IMG/VR virus record: IMGVR_UViG_3300027754_000129
Location: 1-52,193 of that record
Direction: 5' to 3' (one strand)
Length of the DNA: 52,193 bases
Origin: a virus
Lineage: Duplodnaviria; Caudoviricetes
Position numbers and translations under genes: made by a program. This document shows, one piece after another, positions 18,749 to 29,420 of the stretch (the stretch's first letter is position 1; each line of letters starts with the position of its first letter). Below the pieces are notes generated by a model. The model saw only the letters and a program-made list of their open reading frames with translations. It made no database searches and was not told where the DNA came from.

Positions 18749-20323
18749 ATGAAGTTTAAAAAATTAAGCGAAAGAGACGTAGAATACATAAAAAAAGTGT
18801 ATAACGAAAAAAATGGTATGTCTTGGGAGAAAAGAGCTGCTAAATTAGGTGATGAATTCGGTGTTAGTGAAAGAACCATTAGAAAATGGTGTTCTGAAAA
18901 ATTAAACCTTAAAGAAAAAGAAGATGTTATTTCAGAACAATATTCAATGGCTCAAAATAGAACATTTGATACTAATAAAAAAAGATTCATCATTACATGG
19001 GCTCAAAATAACACACCAGTTAATTATGGGTTATTTAAAAATATCGAAGCATATGCAAAACATATCGATGCATCTATCCATGTTATATTAGGTAGATATA
19101 AAAACCCAACTAGCGTATTTGAAGATGTTGCTGAAGAATCATGGGTTGATGAGATTACACCATATGCTGATGCTAATAGACATGATATACATAAGTATGT
19201 TAGTATTATGGGTGATGTTAAGATTCAACCAACAGCTGTTAATCCAATGACAGGTATGCAAGCATTGAGTGGTATTAACACATGTGTTTTTGGTGCGCCA
19301 AAAGTTCAATTAGAAATGATTCCAGTTTTAGATGGTAATGTACCTAAAATGATGGTAACAACTGGTGCTTTAACTGAAAAAAACTATACCGATTCTAAAT
19401 CTGGTAAAGTTGGTGATTTCCATCATACTTTTGGTTTCTGTGTTGTAGAAATTAAAAACGATGATGTTTTCTTTGTTAGACAAGTTACTGCTGATGACAA
19501 AACTGGTTCGTTCAGTGATTTATATAATAGAGTAGATAAAGGTAAGGTTAGCAGAGTAGATAGTATTGCAGCAGTTGTGTTAGGTGATTTGCATTTAGGT
19601 CATCACGATGAAGAAGTTATTACAACAACATTCGATGAATTATTAAATAATCTAACACCATCAAATGTTGTGTTGCATGATGTATTTGACGGACATTCTA
19701 TTAGTCATCACGAAGCTAAAGATGCGTTTCAATTATATAAACGAGAGAAAGATGGAACCAATTCAGTTAAACTTGAAGTTGATAACATGTTAAAATGGTT
19801 GGAAAAAGTTGAAAAGTATAATGTTACTATTGTTAGAAGTAATCATGATGATTTTATTGATAGATGGCTTATTAATAACGATTGGAAGAAAAACATAAAG
19901 AACGCTTTAGAGTATATTGAATATTCACATGCGATATTAAAAGGTGATGCACCAAAAGGTATTATACCCTATTTGATTGAGAAAAGATTTCCTAAGATGA
20001 AAACACTTGATAGAAGTGCTTCTTTCATAGTTAAAGGTTGGGAATTAGGTCAGCATGGAGATGTTGGTGCTAATGGAAGTCGTGGGTCTTTATTACAATT
20101 CCGTAAACTTAATACCAAATGTGTTGTAGGTCATTATCATAGCCCAGGCCGTAAAGATGGTGGTTTAGCCGTAGGTACATCTACAAAGCTAAGAGTTGGT
20201 TATAACATAGGACCAAGTTCATGGCTACAATCACATGTTATAATACATAATGATGGTAGAGCGCAACATATAAATTTTTTAACAGATAAAGATGGTAAAT
20301 CTTATTTTACAACATTTAAATAA
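18749..20323 (+). CDS. HTH-fused calcineurin-like metallophosphoesterase
   Basis: N-terminal FGVSERTIRKW; GDLH, DVFDG, SNHD, HGD, GHYHS. Confidence 0.8.
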   Translation: MKFKKLSERDVEYIKKVYNEKNGMSWEKRAAKLGDEFGVSERTIRKWCSEKLNLKEKEDVISEQYSMAQNRTFDTNKKRFIITWAQNNTPVNYGLFKNIEAYAKHIDASIHVILGRYKNPTSVFEDVAEESWVDEITPYADANRHDIHKYVSIMGDVKIQPTAVNPMTGMQALSGINTCVFGAPKVQLEMIPVLDGNVPKMMVTTGALTEKNYTDSKSGKVGDFHHTFGFCVVEIKNDDVFFVRQVTADDKTGSFSDLYNRVDKGKVSRVDSIAAVVLGDLHLGHHDEEVITTTFDELLNNLTPSNVVLHDVFDGHSISHHEAKDAFQLYKREKDGTNSVKLEVDNMLKWLEKVEKYNVTIVRSNHDDFIDRWLINNDWKKNIKNALEYIEYSHAILKGDAPKGIIPYLIEKRFPKMKTLDRSASFIVKGWELGQHGDVGANGSRGSLLQFRKLNTKCVVGHYHSPGRKDGGLAVGTSTKLRVGYNIGPSSWLQSHVIIHNDGRAQHINFLTDKDGKSYFTTFK

Positions 20324-20327
20324 AATT

Positions 20328-20347
20328 AGGGCTAATGCCCTTTTTTT
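20328..20347 (+). terminator. Intrinsic terminator
   Basis: AGGGC-TAAT-GCCCT then T-run. Confidence 0.75.
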
Positions 20348-20401
20348 ATTTGGTTTATTGAATAATTAAAAGTATATTTGTAAAATAAAATAAGATATTA
20401 T

Positions 20402-20752
20402 ATGGATAAGGACATTATTACTTTTGAAGAATTTTTAGAGATTGAAAGTAAATTAGAAATTAAAATTGGCCAAATAATTGGGGTTAAAAAAATACCTAAG
20501 AGCAAAGATTTAATAATATTAACTGTAATGTTTGGAAACAGTGCGGATGATATTAAAACAGTTGTGACAAATTTAGGTAAATATTTTGACTCAAATTCTT
20601 TTATTGATGTAATTGTACCGTTTATAACCAACTTAAAACCAATGACAATAATGGGTGTTGAAAGCCAAGCTATGGTAATGGTTGGTACATTGTTGGCTGG
20701 TGGTTTGGAATTGAAAATGACCCAGTATAGTTTAGGTACTAAATTATTATAA
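20402..20752 (+). CDS. tRNA-binding OB-fold protein (Trbp111/CsaA/MetRS-C-like)
   Basis: ITFEEF...LEIKIGQI; NLKP..IMGVESQAM; GTKLL. Confidence 0.85.
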   Translation: MDKDIITFEEFLEIESKLEIKIGQIIGVKKIPKSKDLIILTVMFGNSADDIKTVVTNLGKYFDSNSFIDVIVPFITNLKPMTIMGVESQAMVMVGTLLAGGLELKMTQYSLGTKLL

Positions 20753-20753
20753 T

Positions 20754-20972
20754 ATGAAATTAGATTTACATGGTTTAAAACATAGCGAAGTATCAAATAA
20801 AGTTGATTCTTTTATTTGGGATGCCATACAAAGAAACATGTATGAAGTAGAAATCATAACTGGAAACTCTATTGAAATGAAAAATATTGTTCGTGAATGT
20901 GTTAATGATTATGGTTTTTCTTGTACACAAGCTTATCTTAACTCTGGTACTTTAATAATAGCATTGGTTTAA
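20754..20972 (+). CDS. Stand-alone Smr (small MutS-related) domain protein
   Basis: LDLHG......V..FI; IITGNS..MK..V; NSGTLI. Confidence 0.85.
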   Translation: MKLDLHGLKHSEVSNKVDSFIWDAIQRNMYEVEIITGNSIEMKNIVRECVNDYGFSCTQAYLNSGTLIIALV

Positions 20973-21217
20973 TGTGGTATGTTTATATAGTAGAATGTTC
21001 TGATGGCACACTGTACACTGGAATCACTACTGATGTAAATAAACGTATTAAGGCGCACAATAAAGGTAAAGGTGCTAAATACACTAGTACAAGAAAACCA
21101 GTTGTTCTAAGAGCTTTATTTGAAACCATAGATAGGAGTAGTGCTAGTAAAGAAGAGTATCGTATAAAACAATTAAGTAGAGAGGCTAAATTAAAATTGT
21201 GTGATATTTATGGTTAA
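20972..21217 (+). CDS. YhbQ/UPF0213-type GIY-YIG nuclease
   Basis: WYVYIVECSDGTLYTGITTD..KR...HN.GKGAKYT. Confidence 0.9.
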   Translation: MWYVYIVECSDGTLYTGITTDVNKRIKAHNKGKGAKYTSTRKPVVLRALFETIDRSSASKEEYRIKQLSREAKLKLCDIYG

Positions 21218-21228
21218 AATATATAACC

Positions 21229-21396
21229 ATGGAAAAAATAAGAAGAATTGATTTAGGTGAATACATAATCGATATTGAATATAATGAAAAAACTGGTTTA
21301 CTAGATGTTACTATTTTAGATGAATTAGAGAATATAATTGAAAGCATTACTATTACGAATGATAATGACGATGATGTTGACCCAACACTTAATTAA
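21229..21396 (+). CDS. 55-aa acidic hypothetical protein
   Basis: Translated by hand (MEKIRRIDLGEY...DPTLN); fills the gap before infC. Confidence 0.55.
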   Translation: MEKIRRIDLGEYIIDIEYNEKTGLLDVTILDELENIIESITITNDNDDDVDPTLN

Positions 21397-21411
21397 TAGT
21401 ATAAATAATAA

Positions 21412-21906
21412 ATGGCTAAAAAGAAAAAAGAACACCTATTAAATAGAGAGATTAGACTATCTGAAGTTAGATTACCTGAAGAAGGTGTTATTAGATTATC
21501 TGAAGCATTAAGATTAGCTGAAGAACAAGATATGGATTTGGTTCTAATGTCTGAGAATAATGGTATTGGTATTTGCCGTATTATGAACTATGAAAAGTTT
21601 ATATATGAAAAAAATAAAAAGCCAAAAAACAAAGCATTGGATGTTAAAGAGATTAAGTTAGGACCAAACACTGCTGAAAATGATTTGACTTATCGCGCCA
21701 AACATATTATTGAGTTTCTAAAAAAAGGTCATAAGGTTAAGATAACATTACAATTTAGAGGTCGTGAAATGATGCATATTGATAAGGGTAAGGCTCTTAT
21801 GCTTAAATTAATTGTTTCTGTTGAAGAATATGGTCTTGCTGAGGGTTTACCAAACATGGAAGGTAAGAAATTAATAGGGTTTATTAAACCAAAACCTAAA
21901 AAATAA
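21412..21906 (+). CDS. infC: Translation initiation factor IF-3
   Basis: LNREIR..EVRL, EALRLAEE..MDLV, CRIMNYEKF.YE, KEIKL, FLKKGHKVKI..QFRGRE. Confidence 0.95.
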   Translation: MAKKKKEHLLNREIRLSEVRLPEEGVIRLSEALRLAEEQDMDLVLMSENNGIGICRIMNYEKFIYEKNKKPKNKALDVKEIKLGPNTAENDLTYRAKHIIEFLKKGHKVKITLQFRGREMMHIDKGKALMLKLIVSVEEYGLAEGLPNMEGKKLIGFIKPKPKK

Positions 21907-21914
21907 CGTTCTAT

Positions 21915-22232
21915 ATGTTAAAGACAAGACATGGCAAATTAGTGGAGAAGATTAAGGTTGAGTTAAATGAAAGTAACCCCAACATAGATGTTATACTTAA
22001 TCATATATATCAATATGAAAAAGATAATCTAGATACCATTAATAAACTAAAAAGAGAAAAGGTTTTAGATGTCAAAAGAATAAATGGAGCTTTAAGGCAA
22101 ACCATAAATATACATGGTCCAATAACTAAAGAATTAATTGGTTCTGCAACAAAACGTATAATTGGTACCTTATTAAAAGATAAACCAAAAATTAATATAT
22201 TTAAAAAGTTTTTAAAATGGATAAAACCTTAA
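21915..22232 (+). CDS. Hypothetical protein
   Basis: 105-aa ORF. Confidence 0.6.
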   Translation: MLKTRHGKLVEKIKVELNESNPNIDVILNHIYQYEKDNLDTINKLKREKVLDVKRINGALRQTINIHGPITKELIGSATKRIIGTLLKDKPKINIFKKFLKWIKP

Positions 22233-22747
22233 ACAAAACAAAGTTATCAATATTTGATTTTGATGATACTTTAGTAAACACACCGTTACCAGACTATGGT
22301 GAGATAAAATATAAAGAAGTTACTGGTAAAGAGTGGCCACATCAAGGATGGTGGAGCAAAAAAGAATCATTGGATACTGATATTTTTGATATGCCATTAA
22401 ATAAAGATGTTCATTCTGATTATCTAAAAGAAAAAAGTAATCCAGAAACAGTTGTTGTTATGTTAACTGGTCGTATGTTTAAACTGGCTGATTACGTTAA
22501 AAAGATTTTAGATGAAAATGGTTTACAGTTTGATGAATACCGTTATAATATGGGTGGTAGCACAGATAAGTCAAAAATGAAAACTATGGAACAATTGCTA
22601 GAGAAATATCCAAATGTGGTTGAGATAGAACAATGGGACGACAGACTGGAACACATACCAACATTTGAAGATTGGGGTAAAAAACAATGTTTAAGTGGTA
22701 GATTAAAAGATTATAGCATAAACGTTGTTGTAAGCGATAATAAATAA
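22217..22747 (+). CDS. HAD-family phosphatase, Swiss-Army-Knife RNA-repair-like
   Basis: FDFDDTL..TP, GWW, MLTGR, K, WDDR..H. Confidence 0.8.
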   Translation: MDKTLNKTKLSIFDFDDTLVNTPLPDYGEIKYKEVTGKEWPHQGWWSKKESLDTDIFDMPLNKDVHSDYLKEKSNPETVVVMLTGRMFKLADYVKKILDENGLQFDEYRYNMGGSTDKSKMKTMEQLLEKYPNVVEIEQWDDRLEHIPTFEDWGKKQCLSGRLKDYSINVVVSDNK

Positions 22748-22767
22748 TTAATGGGTTTATTTGTTTT

Positions 22768-23280
22768 ATGCTTGAATCAATAAAAGAAAAGTTAAGAACT
22801 CTTAATTGTGGACCTGACTTAGATGTGATATTTTGTTTTATGGAAAGCACTGGTATTAATTTTATTGATACAAACATACATGGACCATATGCAATCGCAA
22901 CATTTTATGGTATATATTTAGATATTGATAAAATTATTAATCGTTTTGGTTGTTATATGGTTTCATACATTCTTTTACACGAGATAGGTCATTTCAAAAG
23001 AATTTCAAAAATGGGTAAAACATATGTTCTATCAATGTTATCAGATGATGATTTTTATGTATTCTCTGACCATATGGTTGAAGAAGAAATGATTGCTGAT
23101 AGATACGCTGTTTTTGTTTATAATGAATTAACAAAAAATAAATTATCTAGGGAAATCACACAACAATTAAATTTTAAAGTTAATAGAGATGAATTTGTTC
23201 TTAGTAATACACGTTTATTTGGTGAGATTAAAAATAATGAAAAGAGTTACATGGAGTTTTTAAATAATTTTATTGAATAA
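22768..23280 (+). CDS. Zincin-like metallopeptidase
   Basis: LLHEIGH and E..ADRYA. Confidence 0.7.
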   Translation: MLESIKEKLRTLNCGPDLDVIFCFMESTGINFIDTNIHGPYAIATFYGIYLDIDKIINRFGCYMVSYILLHEIGHFKRISKMGKTYVLSMLSDDDFYVFSDHMVEEEMIADRYAVFVYNELTKNKLSREITQQLNFKVNRDEFVLSNTRLFGEIKNNEKSYMEFLNNFIE

Positions 23281-23282
23281 AA

Positions 23283-23705
23283 ATGGATAAGATAATCGAA
23301 ATTGTTGAGAGTAAAAAAATACTTAATTTTTGGGAATTGGTTGAGTATATGAAACTAGCTAACTATAGTGAAATTGAAAGTATTATGACTTCAATGAAAC
23401 TATTTGATGGTAAGGTATGGGAATATGTTATTGGTGCAAATGTTTCAAACAAAGAATCATTTATACAAGACCAAGATAGTTTATTGGTTGAGATAATGAT
23501 AATGACCAATTATTCTGAAAAAATGCATATACCAATCTATAAATCGTATATGAAAACAAGAAAGTATGAAGAGATACCAGAATTAGAAAAAAACATAAAA
23601 ACTGTTAATATTATGTTAACAACAGAGTTGGGAATGCAATTCTTTATTGATGAATTAGAAAAATACAAAGAATTGTTTGAACAATTCATAATTAAAAAAT
23701 ATTAA
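23283..23705 (+). CDS. Hypothetical protein
   Basis: 140-aa ORF. Confidence 0.6.
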   Translation: MDKIIEIVESKKILNFWELVEYMKLANYSEIESIMTSMKLFDGKVWEYVIGANVSNKESFIQDQDSLLVEIMIMTNYSEKMHIPIYKSYMKTRKYEEIPELEKNIKTVNIMLTTELGMQFFIDELEKYKELFEQFIIKKY

Positions 23706-23710
23706 AATGA

Positions 23711-24322
23711 TTAATTATCTCTTTTAACAAATCTATTAACATAACTACATAAAGGCTGAAGATTGGTGTAATAATTAAGTCTATATACATCATCTTCAGT
23801 CTTTGCTGTTATTATGGGTATTATATGGTCAATATCCCATGTCTTGTTTGGTTCAACAATACCATCTTTAGGGTTACCATAATTATCCCAATTCATCCAT
23901 GGTTCCCATAATAATTCTAAATGTTGTTTAAATTCTTCGAAAGAACATCCTAAAATTTTATAAGTGTTTGATTTTTTTAAATAACCATTTTTACTAATAA
24001 TATTACTTATTGAAGTTCTTAAATTTGATTTTAATTTAAAATTTATATCAGTTGAACGTTTATTTTTATTATAATTAGAAATTTTATAATTATTATTTTC
24101 TTTCCATTTATCTCTAGATTTTTTAACTTTATCTTTATTATTTTTTCGATATTCACTCGAATATAATCTCATTTTTTCTTTTTCTTCTTCAGTTAAAATT
24201 TTCTTAGTTCTAGCTTTTTGATAATTTAATTCTTTTTCTTTGTTTTTTATATAATACTCTTTACGATATTCTTTAATTTTATCTTTATTATTTTCTCTAT
24301 ATTCTTTACGTTTATTTTCCAT
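23711..24322 (-). CDS. HNH-like endonuclease, paralogue of 9122-9526
   Basis: KEYRENNK repeats, LGCSFEEFK.HLE, WDIDHIIP, LNYYTNLQPLC, shared C-terminal KRDN/KKDN. Confidence 0.8.
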   Translation of the reverse strand: MENKRKEYRENNKDKIKEYRKEYYIKNKEKELNYQKARTKKILTEEEKEKMRLYSSEYRKNNKDKVKKSRDKWKENNNYKISNYNKNKRSTDINFKLKSNLRTSISNIISKNGYLKKSNTYKILGCSFEEFKQHLELLWEPWMNWDNYGNPKDGIVEPNKTWDIDHIIPIITAKTEDDVYRLNYYTNLQPLCSYVNRFVKRDN

Positions 24323-24473
24323 TTTTAATTATTAATTTACCTTCTATATCCATTTTCATTAGATATTTTATTCTTGCGGATAATGTCATATAGTTATCTT
24401 CTGCTTTTTGGTTGAATCTAGATTTAAGTTCTTCGTCTATTCTCATTATAAGTGTTTTCTCTTGTTTATTCAT
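24312..24473 (-). CDS. 53-aa ribbon-helix-helix-like protein coupled to the HNH gene
   Basis: MNKQEKTLIMRIDEELKSRFNQKAEDNYMTLSARIKYLM; overlaps the HNH start; missed by the ORF track. Confidence 0.7.
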   Translation of the reverse strand: MNKQEKTLIMRIDEELKSRFNQKAEDNYMTLSARIKYLMKMDIEGKLIIKNGK

Positions 24474-24573
24474 GTTTTACTTGTATATACAATAAATATA
24501 CATAAATTAAATAAAAAGTCAAGTTTTATCAAAATAAATTGTATATTTATAAATAAATTAGTATATTTGTATT

Positions 24574-26571
24574 ATGAAAGAAGAAAAACAAATCAAGTTA
24601 GGAGATATAGTAGAGGGTAAGATTAGTATGAATACTAGTGGAACTGCTTATTTTGTTAATCCAAATTTAAAAAAAGACATTTATTTAAGTAAAAATAATG
24701 TAAACAAAGCGTTACACTTAGATACTGTAAAAATTAAAATAATTAGAGGTAATGGCCGTAATATTGAAGGTCAAGTAGTTGAGATAGTAGAAAGATTCAG
24801 GACTGAATTTGTGGGTACTATACAACTAAGTGAAAGATATGCATTTTTCGTACCAGATAGCAATAAATTACCAGTAGATTTCTTTATCCCTTTATCTAAA
24901 ACGCTAGATGCTAAAAATGGTCAAAAAGTTGTTGTTAGACTTACCGAATGGAAACATGAAGCCAAAAACCCTAATGGAGTTGTTGTTAAAATAATTGGTG
25001 ATTCTGGTGAACATGAGACAGAAATACATAGTATCCTTGAAGAGTATGGTTTACCATATGATTTTACTGAAGATATTATTGCTGAGGCAGATGCTATACC
25101 TACAGAAATAACACAAGATGAGATAGATAAGCGTAGAGATATGAGAAACATACTTACATTCACAATTGACCCACATGACGCTAAAGATTTTGATGATGCT
25201 TTGAGTGTTGAATGGGTAAATGGTGAATTATTTGTTGGTGTTCATATTGCTGATGTATCTCATTATTTAATTCCAGAAACTGATTTAGATAAAGAAGCAT
25301 ATTCTAGAGGAACTAGTGTTTATCTTGTTGATAGATGTGTCCCTATGCTTCCAGAGAACTTGTCTAATGTACTTTGTTCACTAAGACCTAACGAAGATAA
25401 GCTTTGCTTTTCAGCCGTCTTTAAACTTGACCATAATGGTAATGTATTAGAAGAGTGGTTTGGTAGAACTGTTATCAATTCTGACCATAGGTTTACATAT
25501 GAAGAAGCACAAGCAATAATTGAGGTGGGTAAACTACCTAAAGATGCTATCGCTGAAGGTGAAATCTTAATATTTGAAAAATCTGGGTTAGGTTCTGTTG
25601 TTGGATGGGATAAAGCAACCAATTTAGGTAAAGCTATGTTGAATTTAGATAAGATTGCGAAGAAAATGCGTAAGGTACGTTTACAAAAAGGTTCTATCTC
25701 ATTTGATAAACATGAAGTTAAGTTTAAATTGGACGAAAATAACAAACCAGTTGACATACTATTCAAAGTAGGTAAAGATTCTAATAAACTTATTGAAGAA
25801 TATATGTTATTAGCTAATAGACGTGTTGCTCAATATGTTAATAGCCGTCAATATCCAATGGTTAATAGAGCACATGAAAAACCTAATGAAGAAAAGTTAA
25901 CAAATCTTAAAACGTTTATAACTCAATTCGGGTATAACATTAAAATAGATACGCCAGAAGAAACAACCAAAACACTTAATCAGTTATTGATAGATATAAA
26001 AGGTAAACCTGAAGAGGATATGATTGCAAATTTGGTTGTCAGGACTATGCAAAAAGCTAATTACGCCACCACCAATATTGGACATTATGGTTTAGGTTTT
26101 AAAAATTATGCGCATTTCACATCACCAATAAGAAGATATCCAGATGTTATCGTACATAGATTACTTAATTCTTATCTTGAGAATGGTTCTAAATTTGCTC
26201 CAAACATATCAAAACTAGAAGCTAATTGTAATTACTTATCTGAAAGAGAAAAGAAAGCTCAAAAAGCTGAACGAGATTCAATCAAATATATGCAATGTAT
26301 CTATATGACAGATAGAGTTGGTAAGATTTATAAAGGAATGGTTACGTCAGTAGCTGAATACGGATTATTTGTTACTATAGATGAAAATGGTTGTGATTGT
26401 TTGATAAGGTTAAGTAGTATTACTGGCACATGGAGTGCAGATATTAATAACTATTGTATCAGAGAATATAACACAAACAACACAATTAGATTAGGTGACC
26501 AAATTACAGTTGTTATTAGCAAAGTAGATGTTGAAAAGAAAAACATTGATGCAACTATAATTAATTTATAA
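24574..26571 (+). CDS. rnr: Ribonuclease R (RNB family)
   Basis: Cold-shock domains, TIDPHDAKDFDDALS, HIADVSHY, RGTSVY, IEEYMLLAN, HFTSPIRRYPD, C-terminal S1. Confidence 0.95.
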   Translation: MKEEKQIKLGDIVEGKISMNTSGTAYFVNPNLKKDIYLSKNNVNKALHLDTVKIKIIRGNGRNIEGQVVEIVERFRTEFVGTIQLSERYAFFVPDSNKLPVDFFIPLSKTLDAKNGQKVVVRLTEWKHEAKNPNGVVVKIIGDSGEHETEIHSILEEYGLPYDFTEDIIAEADAIPTEITQDEIDKRRDMRNILTFTIDPHDAKDFDDALSVEWVNGELFVGVHIADVSHYLIPETDLDKEAYSRGTSVYLVDRCVPMLPENLSNVLCSLRPNEDKLCFSAVFKLDHNGNVLEEWFGRTVINSDHRFTYEEAQAIIEVGKLPKDAIAEGEILIFEKSGLGSVVGWDKATNLGKAMLNLDKIAKKMRKVRLQKGSISFDKHEVKFKLDENNKPVDILFKVGKDSNKLIEEYMLLANRRVAQYVNSRQYPMVNRAHEKPNEEKLTNLKTFITQFGYNIKIDTPEETTKTLNQLLIDIKGKPEEDMIANLVVRTMQKANYATTNIGHYGLGFKNYAHFTSPIRRYPDVIVHRLLNSYLENGSKFAPNISKLEANCNYLSEREKKAQKAERDSIKYMQCIYMTDRVGKIYKGMVTSVAEYGLFVTIDENGCDCLIRLSSITGTWSADINNYCIREYNTNNTIRLGDQITVVISKVDVEKKNIDATIINL

Positions 26572-26641
26572 TTAAATAAAAAAAATATTAATTATTGTTT
26601 GGATTTATAATAAAATAATAGTAAATTTGTAAAAAAAAGTT

Positions 26642-26965
26642 ATGAAAGAAAAAAAAGGTAAAAAAAATACTGGCAATGAACGTAAATTAAGGCATTTACC
26701 TAGCCTAGTATTATTAAATTCTGAAGGTAATATACTTAAAGTTTTTAAAACAGAAGATAAAGAGTTCATTATATTAGATGAACAAAAAGAAATAATTGCG
26801 ACATTAAGTAGTGATGAACTATTTTATTTTTCTCGTGGTGAATTAAAATTAGTTGATTCTATTGGTAAAATATTTGATTATACTACTTTTGTTAGTGATA
26901 TGAAACCAAAATTAAGTGTAGTAGATGAATTTATAGGCATCGATAAAACAAGTTCTACCAATTAG
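26642..26965 (+). CDS. Hypothetical protein
   Basis: ORF with promoter TTTG 26598 / TAAATTTG 26622. Confidence 0.6.
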   Translation: MKEKKGKKNTGNERKLRHLPSLVLLNSEGNILKVFKTEDKEFIILDEQKEIIATLSSDELFYFSRGELKLVDSIGKIFDYTTFVSDMKPKLSVVDEFIGIDKTSSTN

Positions 26966-26968
26966 ATT

Positions 26969-27334
26969 ATGAAAAAAGAAAAAAGAAAAGCAATTGATGG
27001 TAAATTAATTAGTGCGAGTAAAACTAGTCCAGGATATTTTAAATATCAATTTACTATCAGAGAATCTGATGGTACAACTAATATAATACCAGCATATGGA
27101 AAAGATATGAGTGATGCCCTTGAACGATTAGTTTGGTCTGAACGTTTAGATAAAGTTAATAATAATAAAACGTTCAATATTTTTTTGTTATGTGCTTGGT
27201 TAACTAGTATTATAATTCCATCGATTATAGCCAGCATAAAAAATGAACCATTTTGGATTGTGATATCGATGTGTTTCTCTATAATTTTGGGTATTTTAAC
27301 AGTTAGGTTTTATAAATATTTTAATAAAAAATAA
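26969..27334 (+). CDS. Hypothetical protein with two C-terminal TM helices
   Basis: PAYGKDM.DAL.RL then two hydrophobic segments. Confidence 0.65.
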   Translation: MKKEKRKAIDGKLISASKTSPGYFKYQFTIRESDGTTNIIPAYGKDMSDALERLVWSERLDKVNNNKTFNIFLLCAWLTSIIIPSIIASIKNEPFWIVISMCFSIILGILTVRFYKYFNKK

Positions 27335-27501
27335 AATGAAAGAAGAAAAAGAAAAAGAACTTGAAATCGGAAGGGTTGTATTAGGTGGTTTCATAGTACA
27401 TTGGGAGTATAGTAAAGAAGATAATTCAGTTTTCATTAAATTAACAGACCAAGATGATAAATTAATCCATGGTATGTTACACACTAAATCAAAATAATAA
27501 T

Positions 27502-27846
27502 ATGAAAAGTTTTATAATGTTATTGGTTTTATTATTAACATATAATTTATATGGACAAAATAATAAACCTATAAAGGATATAAGGTATTATAATTCTTTA
27601 GAATGGAAAAATGATAATAGTTTAAAAGTCTATATTGATTGTACTTATACATTACCATTAGAAAATAAAATTGTTAATAAAAAACCTTTTAACTATGTTT
27701 ATATTTCACCATATAGATATAACTATCAATATCTGAATTATTATAGATATTATAACCCATATGGATATGATATGGGTTATAATAGAGTATACTATATGCC
27801 ATTAAGAATTGATAGATATCATAATCACCATAATAGACATAGATAA
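27502..27846 (+). CDS. Exported Tyr-rich protein
   Basis: Signal-like MKSFIMLLVLLLTYNLYGQ; Y-rich, H-rich tail. Confidence 0.55.
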   Translation: MKSFIMLLVLLLTYNLYGQNNKPIKDIRYYNSLEWKNDNSLKVYIDCTYTLPLENKIVNKKPFNYVYISPYRYNYQYLNYYRYYNPYGYDMGYNRVYYMPLRIDRYHNHHNRHR

Positions 27847-28128
27847 GATTAAAAAATTAATAAAATACGCTATGAACGACAAATTAAAATCAAATTTAAT
27901 ACTATTAAGAACATTTATTTTACAAATGTTATTAGGTTATATGTTAATAAATGTACCATGCTTAATGTTATTAGTTGTTACACTACTTACATTATTATTT
28001 GTATATCAGACGATACTAGAAAAACTTTAATGTGGACCGTATAAGGTCAATAAAATAAAAATAATAGTTTTGGATAATTAAAAAGTATTTTATATATTTG
28101 CATTATAAATCAATTAATATAATAAACA

Positions 28129-29136
28129 ATGAAAACAAAATTAACAAAAAAAGAGGAACAATTAACAGATGTTGTTAGAGAAGAATGGCTTAATTTAGCA
28201 TTCAATGAAAACACTAAAGGTATTAATACTAAATTGTATGAAACAGGTATTGAATGGCTTTATAAAAGATTTCTAAACCTACCAAAGCCTGAAATTGTTT
28301 ATTGTGATGGATTAATTGAAGCTGTTATTAAAATAACATTGGTAAAAGATTTCAATAAAGAAATTAGTGATTATGACCCTAAAATGATTGAGGATTATAA
28401 TAACAATACCTTACCAAAAGATTTTATGACTAAGTTCAAAGAGAACTATAATCTTAAATCAACTTATTGTGGTTGGTCCAATTTTGGTTGGGTTTCTTTT
28501 TATGATTATTTTACAAGGATAAAAGTTATCAATCATGATGATTTTAATAATTACATCCAAATTATTAAATCAAATGTTTTTGAATCTTTTGAATTTGAAA
28601 ATGTTGTATTTGCTGTTCAACCACCATCTGTAATAAATATAAATGATAGTGGTCAGTTACATAATACATCGGGATGTGCATTATCTTTTAACGATGGTTC
28701 TGAATTTTATTTTATCAATGGTCGTGAAATTGATAAGAAATTAGTTAATGGTGATTTTACCAAAGAAGATTTCTTAAACGAAACCAATGAGGATACAAGA
28801 GGCGCTATGTTTGAAATTATCGAATCTAGAGATGAAGGTTCTATGATGGAATTTTTAGAAGCTTATGAGTATGGTAGAGATGAGATAACCCATACAAATG
28901 GAGATGTTGAAACTCTTATCTTATATAGAACAAAAGAAACTTTTCCTGAATTAAAAGATATTAATGGTGATAGTGATGTTCCATTATGTTGGTTAAAGTT
29001 AGTATGTCCATCTACAGGTCAGAATTATTTGATATCAACAGATTCAACATTTAAAACACCTATTGAGGCTGCTAAATATCATAGACCAGAAGAAGTTCCT
29101 TTTGATTTGGCTTATTCTTGGTTCAGTAGAAATTAA
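28129..29136 (+). CDS. DUF6745-like protein lacking the usual internal tetrapeptide repeat tract
   Basis: KLT..E......REEWL, GWVSFYDYF, GQLHN..G.AL.F.DG..YF.NG, VCPSTG.NY. Confidence 0.7.
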   Translation: MKTKLTKKEEQLTDVVREEWLNLAFNENTKGINTKLYETGIEWLYKRFLNLPKPEIVYCDGLIEAVIKITLVKDFNKEISDYDPKMIEDYNNNTLPKDFMTKFKENYNLKSTYCGWSNFGWVSFYDYFTRIKVINHDDFNNYIQIIKSNVFESFEFENVVFAVQPPSVININDSGQLHNTSGCALSFNDGSEFYFINGREIDKKLVNGDFTKEDFLNETNEDTRGAMFEIIESRDEGSMMEFLEAYEYGRDEITHTNGDVETLILYRTKETFPELKDINGDSDVPLCWLKLVCPSTGQNYLISTDSTFKTPIEAAKYHRPEEVPFDLAYSWFSRN

Positions 29137-29149
29137 TATAAGATAAATT

Positions 29150-29347
29150 ATGAAACTAGGTAAACCATTGGTATATGAATTTTTACCATATATTCGTGCT
29201 GATATACAATGTGAAATTGGTGATTTAATAAATGATAATGTTGATATCTTAATAAATGCTACTGCAAGCTCAGAAATATATGATTGTTTTACCGAATTTA
29301 TTGTGGTTGAACTACTATTACCAATAGAATATTCTATATTTGAATAA
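29150..29347 (+). CDS. Diverged LGKP mini-protein (4-residue hydrophobic periodicity)
   Basis: MKLGKPL start; a hydrophobic residue every 4th position through the body. Confidence 0.65.
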   Translation: MKLGKPLVYEFLPYIRADIQCEIGDLINDNVDILINATASSEIYDCFTEFIVVELLLPIEYSIFE

Positions 29348-29420
29348 TAATTTGCTTTTTATATTAATAATTAATATATTTGTATTATAAATAAATTTAA
29401 TAATTAAATAAAAAAAAACC

